A DNA stretch of 64,000 nucleotides, from the NCBI RefSeq assembly GCF_000143415.4, contig NW_003314339.1, forward strand, positions 303,751 through 367,750, in the 5' to 3' direction. A program made the position numbers and the translations under genes. This DNA comes from Selaginella moellendorffii (lineage: Eukaryota > Plantae > Lycopodiophyta). A model generated the notes under the pieces. The model searched no databases and was not told where the DNA came from. It saw only the letters and a list, made by a program, of their open reading frames with translations. Shown here piece after piece: positions 45,581 to 56,183 of the stretch (its first letter is position 1; each line of letters opens with the position of its first letter).

Positions 45581-48220
45581 ATGCAAGCTTGGAGAAGAGG
45601 GAAGGGGGATGCTATAAGATGGATGAGGCAAAAGCTCCGGGATGGAGAATGGGCAATCTGGGGAGCACTGGCAAGCGAGCGTCTGGTCGACAAAGGAAAG
45701 GTGGAAGTGGAGATTGCGATCGAGGGCGGGCTCGCGGACGCTGTGGATCGGTTGGAAGAGACCGAAAATGCGCGAGTCTCCAGCAGCAGCTACGCGCTCT
45801 TGATCCGCCAGTGTGGAGACTCTGGAGATTTGGGCCGAGGCAAGCGCGTCCACGATCACATCTCTCGCAGCGGCCGCGACGGTGAGACGTTCCTGGGCAA
45901 TCTCGTGGTGGAGATGTATGGAAAGCTGGGATGCGTGAGCGACGCCCGCGCGGCATTCGATCGAATCGCGCAGCCCAATGCATTTTCGGTGAATCTGGTG
46001 CTTGCGGCATGCGCGAAGAGGCAGCGGATCGACGAGGCGCAGGGGATCTTTGAGCGTTTCTCGAGCGTGGCCGATGCCGTGGCATGGAATACGATGATTG
46101 TAGCATATGCCCATCCTGGGCATCTGTTGAAGGCAATGAGTTTGTTTGATTCTATGCCGGGAAGGAATGTTGTTTCGTGGAATTCTATTGTAAATGGTGT
46201 GCTTCAGCATGGATGCGCGGAAGATGCTGTCACGATGATGAACAAGATGCCACAACATAGCTTGGCGTCGTGGAACGCTGCAATAATTGCTTATGCCGAA
46301 GCCGGGCACCTGTGTAAAGTTCTTGAGTTCTTTCTTTCACGTCCAGAGCGCGACTTGATTTCGTGGATTGAAACCATCAGGTGTCTCTCAAAGAACGGAA
46401 GCGTCGACGATTCGAAGAGGCTGTATGATGCGATGCCGCAATGGAGCGTAGCTGTTTGGATCGCATTGCTGCAAGCATATGCCCAAGGGGGGCATATTGA
46501 CATCGCCGGGGCTTTGTTCGATGAGATCCCCGAAAAGAGTCTTGTGTCGTGGAACGCGATGATCTGGGCGTATGCAATCAACCAGCTAGCCGCCGACGCC
46601 AAGAAACTCTTCGATGCTTTGCCGGAGATGGACGTGATCTCGTGCAACACCATGATTAGCGCCTTTGCGAGCAGCCACTCGGTGCGAGAGGCCAGCCAAG
46701 TTTTCGAGAGCATGCCCGCGCGAGACACCGTCTCCTGGAACGCGCTCCTGCAAGGATACGCCGACGAGGAGTCCGCGAGCTTTGAATCGGCGAGAGCTTT
46801 GTTCGAGAGAATGTCGCACAGGAGCTTGTTGGGATGGAATCTGATGCTCAAGGCTTCCATGCAGCAGGGAGAGATTTATCACGCCGAAGAGATCTTTCAC
46901 GAGATGCCTGGACGGAACTTCTCGTCGTGGAACGCGCTGCATGGAGGATACGTCGAGAATGGTGTTCTAAGCCTTGCGGTGGCGGCGATGGATCGAATGC
47001 CCGCCATGGATCGAGTGGTGTGGACTGTGATGATCGGTGGCTATGCCCGCGCTGGATTCTTGGCCGAGGGCGAAGAGATGGTGGAAAGGATGCCCGACCG
47101 GGATGTTGTGGCTTGGAACTCGCTCTTGCAAGCTCACGTCGAGCATGGAGCACAGATAGAAGACGCAAAGAGGATCTTTGATGGCATGGCCGAGAGAAAC
47201 ATCGTGTCGTGGTCGGCGATGATCGGCGCTTTCGTGCGGCCGATGAAGCAGCAGAAGCTCACAATCAAAACGCGGGTTGAGATGGCCAAGTCCGTTTTTG
47301 AGCGAATGCCAAGCCGGGATATGGTGTCGTCCAACGCAATGGTGGTGTTCTTGGCGGACAATGGCTTGATCGAGGAAGCAAGAACAGTGGTGGAATCCAT
47401 GGACCGAAAAAACTCCACCTCTTGGAGTGCTCTTCTGGAAGGCTACGTGAAGAAGGGCTGTAATCGGGAAGCTCTCGAGCTCTACCGGTCCATGGACTTG
47501 GAAGCACAGAGCAATCCACAGTCGACTAACAGCAGGACTTTCGTGTGGATTCTGGAGGCCTGCGCCAGGAGCGTCGCATTGAACGCTGGCCGATCGATCC
47601 ACTCCGACTTGGATGATCTCCTCGCGAGGAATCATGGCAGCAGTAGTGTTTTGCTAGCTCCTTCTCTGGCCACGGCCCTGATCGACATGTATGGAAAGTG
47701 TGGAGAGCTCGACGAGGCCAGGAAGATCTTTGACGCTCTCTCCTGCAAGAGCATCTCGTGCTGGAACTCGATGATCGCGGCTTACACACAGAGTGGTCAT
47801 GGAAAGCAAGCGCTGGAGCTCTTCCTCTTGATGGGACTCGATGGCTTGAATCCCAATCACATCACTCTGATGATCGTCCTCTCGGCTTGCAGCCACTCGG
47901 GGCTCGTCTCCACCGCCCTGGATTTCTTCCTCGCTTCCATCCTCGGCCGCGACTTTGGCAGCGGTCTCATCCGCAAGGAGCACTTCGCGTGCCTGATCGA
48001 TCTCCTTGGCCGCGCCGGGCAACTCCAGGAAGCGCAGGAACTGATGGCAGCAATGCCGGTGGAGCCGGATCGAGTGGCGTGGAGCGCCATGCTTGGAGCT
48101 TGCAAAGCTCACGGCGATGGCGATCGAGGCGCCGCCGCGGCGGAGAGAGTGATCCAGCTCGATCCAAGCTCCTCGTCACCCTACGTTGCCGTGTCGAGCA
48201 TGCACAAGCAAAGAGTTTGA
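45581..48220 (+). CDS. PLS/SS-class PPR protein with truncated E extension (up to 879 aa; true start may be downstream)
   Basis: Many MPxRxVVSWN repeats, ALIDMYGKCG, ACSHSG, HFACLIDLLGRAG and terminal SPYVAVSSM. Confidence 0.92.
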   Translation: MQAWRRGKGDAIRWMRQKLRDGEWAIWGALASERLVDKGKVEVEIAIEGGLADAVDRLEETENARVSSSSYALLIRQCGDSGDLGRGKRVHDHISRSGRDGETFLGNLVVEMYGKLGCVSDARAAFDRIAQPNAFSVNLVLAACAKRQRIDEAQGIFERFSSVADAVAWNTMIVAYAHPGHLLKAMSLFDSMPGRNVVSWNSIVNGVLQHGCAEDAVTMMNKMPQHSLASWNAAIIAYAEAGHLCKVLEFFLSRPERDLISWIETIRCLSKNGSVDDSKRLYDAMPQWSVAVWIALLQAYAQGGHIDIAGALFDEIPEKSLVSWNAMIWAYAINQLAADAKKLFDALPEMDVISCNTMISAFASSHSVREASQVFESMPARDTVSWNALLQGYADEESASFESARALFERMSHRSLLGWNLMLKASMQQGEIYHAEEIFHEMPGRNFSSWNALHGGYVENGVLSLAVAAMDRMPAMDRVVWTVMIGGYARAGFLAEGEEMVERMPDRDVVAWNSLLQAHVEHGAQIEDAKRIFDGMAERNIVSWSAMIGAFVRPMKQQKLTIKTRVEMAKSVFERMPSRDMVSSNAMVVFLADNGLIEEARTVVESMDRKNSTSWSALLEGYVKKGCNREALELYRSMDLEAQSNPQSTNSRTFVWILEACARSVALNAGRSIHSDLDDLLARNHGSSSVLLAPSLATALIDMYGKCGELDEARKIFDALSCKSISCWNSMIAAYTQSGHGKQALELFLLMGLDGLNPNHITLMIVLSACSHSGLVSTALDFFLASILGRDFGSGLIRKEHFACLIDLLGRAGQLQEAQELMAAMPVEPDRVAWSAMLGACKAHGDGDRGAAAAERVIQLDPSSSSPYVAVSSMHKQRV

Positions 48221-48361
48221 AAGAGGGGGTCAAGAAAGAGGACACGTCAGCAGGGCCGTTTCCCTCCACTGGCCGATATCCGAATATTACTTGCTTCTTC
48301 CTCTGTGACTCAGCCTCTCTTCTAGGGTTTTGGGGAGCGTGTCCATGCGCCAGGGCGAGCG

Positions 48362-51300
48362 ATGGCGCTCCAGTGGCGGCAGCTGCGATCGATGCTGTGG
48401 AAGAACTGGCTCCTCAAGCTGCGTCATCCGGTGGCGACGCTGCTGGAGGTGAGTGAGGATTATTTCGATGCATTCGGTCTCGTTTGATTTGTTTCAATCG
48501 CAGGTGGTGCTCCCCGCAACGATCATGCTCTTGCTCATGGCGATTCGATCGCGTGTGGATTTTCACACGCATCCTCCTTCGGCGTAAGCAGAAGATTCTC
48601 ACATTGTTGGATTTTGCGATCGTGTTGAACTTCAGGTATATAAAGGAGGGGATGTTTGTGGGGGTTGGGAGCAGCAAAATCTCTCCTAGTTTTGAGGCTG
48701 TCCTGCAATTTTGTGAGGCGAATGGCGAGCACATAGCTTTTGTTCCAGAAAGCGAAGGAACGTCCACCATGGTCGATCTTCTCTCTTTGAAGTTTCCACT
48801 TTTACAGGTTTGATTTTCTCGCGGTTTTCGACTCCGTCTTTAAGTTTTTTCTTCGTCGTGCATGGCAGACCGTAGCAAAAATCTACAAAGACGAAGAAAC
48901 TCTGCATTCATATATCAAGTCGAAAACCTATGGCACAGGGTAACCTTGTCATGCTATGATGTTGTACAGCTCTAAATCTCGTTCTTTCAGGAAGAAACTG
49001 TATCCGAAGATCAAGGCTGCAGTAGTGTTTTTCGAGCAGGGCCCGTGTACATACGATTACAGTATTCGTCTCAATCACTCATGGGCGTTTCAAGGTTTTC
49101 CCGACGTGAGAACTATCATGGATACTACTGGAGCATATGTGGATGATCTTATCCTGGGAGTGGATTTGGTGTCAACTTATGAATATGGTTACAGTGGCTT
49201 TCTGACGGTAAGCTGCGCTTCCTCTCTGTGTTGTAGCTGATTACCGCTTTTTGTCAGAGCAGCTGCAGCAAGTTATCGACTCCTACTTGATCTTATTATC
49301 CCAGCAGCAACCAGAACTTTGTCATTATGAAAGTCGGAAACGGGTTTTGAAGAATGAGTCGCATGAAAATGTGAAGCTCGTGACAGAAAATGTGTTTCCA
49401 AAGTATATCAGCGTTGCGCCTTTCCCAACAAGGGAGTATACGGACGACGAGTTCCAATCCATCGTAAAGAATTTCCTGGGAATATTGTAAGTAGAACAGC
49501 TTCTTATTTTCTTTTCTCTAATGGTCGTTTATGACAGGTATCTTCTTGCGTTTCTTTACCCAGTATCGCGACTGATTAGCTGCTCGGTACTGGAAAAGGT
49601 GAATTTCTAATATAGTTATACTACCGACATTAACCTGCTACTTGACGACTTAGGAAAAAGGAATAAAGGAAGGAATGCTTATGATGGGGTTAGAAGGTAC
49701 AAACTTCTATGTATCGTGGTTCATCATCTACATGCTCCAGGTCGTCCTTCTGGTGGTTTACTATGTATTAACTGGACGAATATTTTTTGCTGCAGTTTGC
49801 TGTTTCCTCGTTGATAATTGTTCTTGTTACCATGAACAGCATATTTGCATACAGCAGCATGTCCGTTGTCTTCGTCTATTTCTTTCTCTTTGGGCTCAGT
49901 GCAATCGCATTATGTTTTCTTATCTCCGTGTTTTTTACACGAGCTAAGACGGCAACAGCTGTGGGCACACTCTCCTTCCTTGCAGCATTTTTCCCATACT
50001 ATGTTGTTGTGGACACAGATGTCTCACTGTATGGTTTTTTCTTCTTCTTCTTCTTTTTCTTTTATGCGCTAGTAATCCCTGTTTTTCATATACAGGTCGA
50101 TTAAACTTATCGCGTCACTTCTTTCACCTACTGCCTTCGCTCTTGGAACTGTAAACTTTGCCGACTATGAACGAGGACATGTTGGGGTTCGTTGGAGCAA
50201 TATTTGGAAGGTCAGTGCTTTGCACATTTCATTGATGAAAATAAGCTAGCTGCTTGGTATCATTTTTGCAGGAATCATCGGGGGTTAGTTTTCTTCTCTG
50301 TATGGTTTTCCTTGCAGTAGATGCTCTCCTTTATTTAGTTTTGGCTTGGTACTTCAATCAGGTAAAGTTTCTTAGTGTTCTCTCTCTTTTTTGTAAATGC
50401 TGCTCACAGGTTCTCAAGCATAGTTGCGGATATTTAACGTGTCGCATGCTCTGGAATCTATGTCGTTGTAAGAGAAATAATGAAGAAATGGACGAGGAAA
50501 ATGAAGACATGATACCTCAATCGGAAATTGAACCATTCGAATTTGATCAACAAGAATTTGATAAGTATGTATCCCTTCCCAATTCTTTTATGTTGATGTT
50601 TCCTCCAGGTGCGTACACATCAAGAACTTGCGGAAAGTATTTGTGACTGCCGGTAGAGAATGCACAGCTGTCAATTCGCTAAGCTTGTCGCTTTGTGAGG
50701 GGCAAATTCTCGCATTACTTGGTAAGATTGTATCTTTTCGGATGGATAACGTCTTTTTCCATACTGCAGGACATAACGGGGCTGGGAAGAGCACAACTAT
50801 AGGAATGCTTGTTGGTCTTGTTGCACCCACCTCTGGTGACGCGTTCGTACTCGGGAAAAGCATAAAGACTGATATGGTAAAGACAATCAGTTTGCCGGTT
50901 TTGTATGTCTGATGTTCTCAATTACTCAGATGCATATTCGGAAGCAAATAGGCGTATGTCCACAAAATGACCTACTCTTTCAGGAGTTGACGGTAATTTA
51001 AAACGTTGTGACTTTCCTGGTAATATGTTAACTTCGATAGGTGCGGGAGCATTTGCTTCTTTTTGGAAGTTTGAAATCGGTTGATCCTTCTGTATTACAG
51101 ACCGAAGTGGATTCAATGATTTCCGAGGTTGAGTTTTTCTATTTAAGTATGCACTTTGTAACATGCTGACTACAGATCGGTTTGCTGGATAAATCTGATG
51201 CACTAGTTGGTCATCTTTCCGGTGGAATGAAACGCAAGCTCTCCGTTGCGCTTGCATTATTAGGAGGTAGCAAGGTACAGTCTCGAACTTTTTGGTCAAA

Positions 51301-54300
51301 TGTTTCGAACTTTAAGCTTTAGGTGGTGATTCTGGACGAACCGACTAGTGGAATGGATCCCTATTCAATGAGACTGACCTGGCGGCTCCTTAAGCGTCAC
51401 AAAAAGGATCGGATTATCCTTCTAACAACGCACTCCATGGACGAGGCGGACGTACTAGGTGACAGGATTGCTATAATGTCAAGTGGGAATTTGCGATGTT
51501 GCGGAAGGTATTTGATTGGTTTACTTGCTGCTTATTGTGACAAGCCTTTTTGTGTTCTAGTTCTTTGTTTCTCAAGCACCGTTATGGGGTAGGCTACACC
51601 CTCACGCTTGTGAAGGTTTGGCTCGACAAATATCATTTGGAAAATGTCTATAACGTTTCTGACTGACAGGGCCAATCCGGGACTGAATCAATATCAGAGG
51701 CTATACTTCGGCACGTACCCTCGGCAACACTTCTAAGTGATGTGAGAAGTTTTAAAATAATTGTGTAAAGTGTTAATCGGCCGTTGTTTCTTCCAGGTGG
51801 GCTCGGAGCTATCATATCGTCTTCCTCTTGCTTCTACCTCGACATTTCATTTGCTATTTGAAGAGTTAGAAGCTCACGCAACGCTCTCTGATTTATCCGG
51901 TTCCGGAGAAGAGCCCGGTGGTATCAATTCATGGGATGTTGAAAGCTATGGCATTTCTGTGACTACGCTAGAAGAGGTGTTTTTAAGGGTTGCAAGTGGG
52001 GAAGCTCCTCAGCAAGAAGTACGTCCACTACAGAAAACATGCAACGCTGAAGCTTCGGAAGCAAATGCATCATGTAGTGATGACCGCATAGATGTGGACA
52101 GTGAGGACGGTGCTGCAAGTTTTGAAGTGAAAAAGAGCCGCTACAGCTGGATATCATCCTGTGTGGGAATAATCACAAGAGTTCTCGCAAGCCTGGTCTC
52201 GGTTTTCGAACGGTATCCTATTATCCACCTGGGGAAACGACGGTCACTCTTTGGAAGGCACTTCAGGGCTCTATTCAAGAAACGTGGTCTTAGTGCAATG
52301 CGCGACAAGAAAACCGTTGTCTTCCAACTGCTGGTGCCATCGCTGTTCTTGTTTCTCGGACTCTTGCTGTTGACGACAAAACCACATCCGGACCAGCCGT
52401 CAGTGACTTTAACAACGTCACTTTTCAATCCTCTTGTCACTGGTAGTGGTGGCGGCGGACCAATACCTTTCAATCTCACCTTGCCAATTGCACAGAAGGT
52501 ACTTGGGTCTTTTAGATGCTGTTCTTAGCTAACGGTTTGGGTTTTCAGGTAGCACGTTATGTTTCTGGAGGCTGGATACAGAAAGAAGAACCTCGAGTGT
52601 ACAAGTTCCCAGATTCGGACACTGTTTTACAAAATGCGATTGACGCAGCTGGACCGTCACTTGGGCCTGCCCTCGTGTCAATGAGCGAATATCTAATGAC
52701 GAGCTTCAACGAGACATATGAATCAAGGTTGACTCTAGTTCTGGTTTTCTTGTTGCGTCCTTATCTTCGTTGGCTTGGATACCAGGTATGGCGCTGTTGT
52801 CATGGACAGGCAGCACAGCGATGGAAGCCTTGCTTACGCTGTGCTTCACAATACGACGTGTCAACATGCAGCTCCAACCTACATTAACGTTGTTAACAAC
52901 GCGATACTGAAGATGGCGACGAATAATTCTAAGCTTGAGCTACGGACTAGGAATCATCCGTTACCTATGACGGTGTCTCAGATGGCTCAACGACGCGTAA
53001 GCTACAGTATTCATTTCGTGCATGATTCTCAATTTCTTTGTTTTATTTTTAGGATATCAATGCGTTCTCTGCTGGTATAATTGTAAATGTCGCTTATTCG
53101 TTCATCCCAGCTTCTTTTGCTGTGGCTATAGTAAAGGTACAGTTTCTTTCCTTTGTTTTTTGTTACAAAATTTTGTTTCCCTGTAGGAGCGGGAAGTGAA
53201 GGCAAAACACCAGCAACTCATAAGTGGGGTGCGTATGCCTTCGTGCTTAATGGTTGACTAATTCGTCTTTTTTCAAAAGGTTTCATTAATGGCTTACTGG
53301 ATTTCGACATACGTCTGGGACGTGCTAAGCTATTTATTACCAGCAGGTCTTGCTGTCGGTCTTTTCTTTATCTTCGGTAAGTTTTGAAAGTGTTTTTCTT
53401 GTCTTTCGGAGTGACACTGCAATTTGTAGGGATGGAGGAGTTTATTGGCAAAGAGTCTATCCTGGCTACTTCTATTATGATGGTTGCTTATGGCCCTGCA
53501 ATTGCAGCTTCTACGTATTGTTTAACATTTTTCTTCACGGATCATTCGTTGGCTCAAGTAATGAAATTGTTTATTTTTCCGACTATTTCCTGATGCAGCC
53601 TCTCTTGTGTAGAACGTAATCCTGCTTATTCATTTTTTTAGTGGGCTTATTTTGATGGTTGTATCGTTCATTATGGGCGTCCTTCGTGCAACAAAGGGTG
53701 TAAATAGAGTTTTGAAGGTAATCAAGAAAAATTTCGAGCAGGTAATCTAACTCTTTCCTTGTGTTGCAATGCAGAACATCTTCAGGCTTTCTCCTGGATT
53801 TTGTTTAGCTGATGGGCTGGCATCACTAGCTCTTCGGAAACAGAGCTTAAAGCCAAGCTCTCAAAAAGAACCTTTTGCTTGGAACACGACTGGAGCATCT
53901 ATCACATATTTATGCTGTGAGGTATGGAATAGATAGTTTGACATTCACAATTAAATGAAAGCTACGCAGAGTATCTTGTATTTCCTCCTGGTTCTTGCGA
54001 TGGAGCTGCTTCCTTCACCTTACATTTTGACGGCTTGGTGCAAGAGCTGTTTTGGAAAATGGAGGCGAAATCTGTTCGCTAACTCTGGACGAGCTGGCAC
54101 ACTTTCCGAGCCTTTTCTACCGGAGGAACATTTGGAAGATGAAGATTTGGACGTGGCACGCGAGCGGCGCCGGGTTCAATCAGGAGGAAGCAAGGACAGC
54201 GTGGTTAAACTGGTTGAATTACGAAAGGTAAAAGCTGAACTTCTATCACTTGACTGCTAATGTTTCTACTTTATAGACGTTTCCTTGCGGAGCGCGTCAA

Positions 54301-55968
54301 CCACCTAAAGTGGCTGTAGATGCACTGAGTTTTGCGGTCGATGCAGGAGAATGCTTTGGGTTTTTAGGAACGAATGGCGCTGGAAAGACGACTACGTTAT
54401 CCATGCTATGCGGTAAACTTTTACCCTGCGGTTTTGTGCAGAGTAAAACTGAATATCTTGCAGGAGAGTTTCCTCCAAGTGAAGGAAATGCCTACATTGT
54501 TGGCCATGACGTGTGGAGCAACCCGGCAGATACAAGACAACTTGTAAGATCACTTTACCGTCAGTATGAAATATTGACTTTTCTTCTTACAGATTGGCTA
54601 CTGTCCACAGTTCGATGCACTACTTGACCTGCTGACAGTTAGAGAACACCTTGAACTCTATGCAAACATCAAGGCTGTTCCGGAAGATAAGCTCGAGCAG
54701 GTTAGCTTTATACTGCTCTATGTGGCTCTGTTTACTTTGCCTTGGTGAATTCTCAGGTGGTTCAAGAAAAGTTGACTGAATTTGATCTTTGGGGTCAAGC
54801 GCACAAAACCGCTTCTTCCCTGAGTGGAGGGAACAAGCGTAAGCTATCTGTGGCAATTGCAATGGTGGCAGACCCTCCTATCGTGATTTTGGATGAACCT
54901 TCCACAGGTTTGAATTTATCTATAAACTTCTGTTCTAGTTTTTTTTTAAAAAATTTATGCAGGCATGGATCCAGTCGCAAGGCGCTTTATGTGGGATGTC
55001 ATTACACGTATTTCAACAAGGAGAGGGCTTTCTGCAGTTATACTAACTACTCACAGTATGGCCGAAGCTCAGGCATTGTGTACGCGCATTGGGATTATGG
55101 TATTTTATCAGATCCTTCAGTTCATTCAAAGTTTCACAAGCTAACACACTCCTTTTTTAGGCTGCGGGCCGACTGCGTTGCCTTGGCAGTCCACAGCACT
55201 TAAAAAGCCGTTTTGGAAATAGCCTGGAACTCGAGGTAGCTATCTCCGATGTTGGTTTGCAGTGGCCTGATCGTGTTTTCAGGTCAAAGCTGTCACAACC
55301 ACTCAATCTGAAGTAGACAAGCTTTCTCATTTTGTGCTACAAAATCTGCCGGACTCTGATGCTCGAGAGACAGAAATTATCGCATTGGATAACTCAGATG
55401 CAACTCTGTCAGAAACGGAGGTTACGGCTGCGGCATTTATCCTTGGTAATGAGCAGTGGGGACAAGCACTACTCTCTGGGCATGCATCTGTTGGTGATGG
55501 TGCTCTATCTGAGCTTCTGCTTCGCGAATTATCAAGCACAGGTAACTTAACTTTTCTCTCGTTTCGATTTCTAACCTTTGTTTATTCCAGGTACCGTCCA
55601 AACCAAACTCTTTTGTGAGTGGTGGCTGGCAAAAGATCGGGCAATGAAAATTGACTTGTTCATTCGAGCATCATTTCCTGGAGCTTCTCTTTTAGAGCGA
55701 AACGGATCAAACTTCCGTTATCAAGTAAGCTTCATTTTCTATCAGGTGATATATTTTCTCTGACTCGCATTGACACAGCTGCCATACGGGAGTTCTTCCT
55801 TAGCACGGGTTTTTGGACACATGGAGCATCACAGGTAATCTGGACACAATTGTTTGTTAGTCTCTTCGACTGATTGTATTCTGCAGAGCGAGTGCTGGTA
55901 TTGCGGAATACAACGTTGGTCAGGCTACGCTGGAGGCTATATTCAACGCTATCGCCGCACATCAGTAG
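48362..55968 (+). CDS. ABCA1: Full-size ABC transporter subfamily A member (ABCA1-like), many short introns
   Basis: N-terminal [17 protein letters not shown]. Two NBDs: [26 protein letters not shown] and [25 protein letters not shown]. Also TTLEEVFL and C-terminal QATLEAIFN. Confidence 0.95.
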
Positions 55969-56183
55969 CTTTTAAGAGTGGGTACCTAGGTTTCTTCTTG
56001 TTTCGTCATATAGGCTGGGAAGATGTGTATTTGTAATATTTTTGCTGGATGAGTCGCTCCCGATTGAGGTGCAGCGTTGTTCTAGCTCGACTTTGTTGCG
56101 AGCGTGTAAGGTACACTGTCAAATGCATTTGAAAGGCTTTTCCTTGACATCGCTGTTGCAGGAGCTAGTGAATCTGGGCATAT

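Noticed and set aside
47758-48456. 232-aa ORF bridging the PPR end and the ABCA1 start
   Set aside because: Off-frame overlap with two well-supported genes and low-complexity composition.
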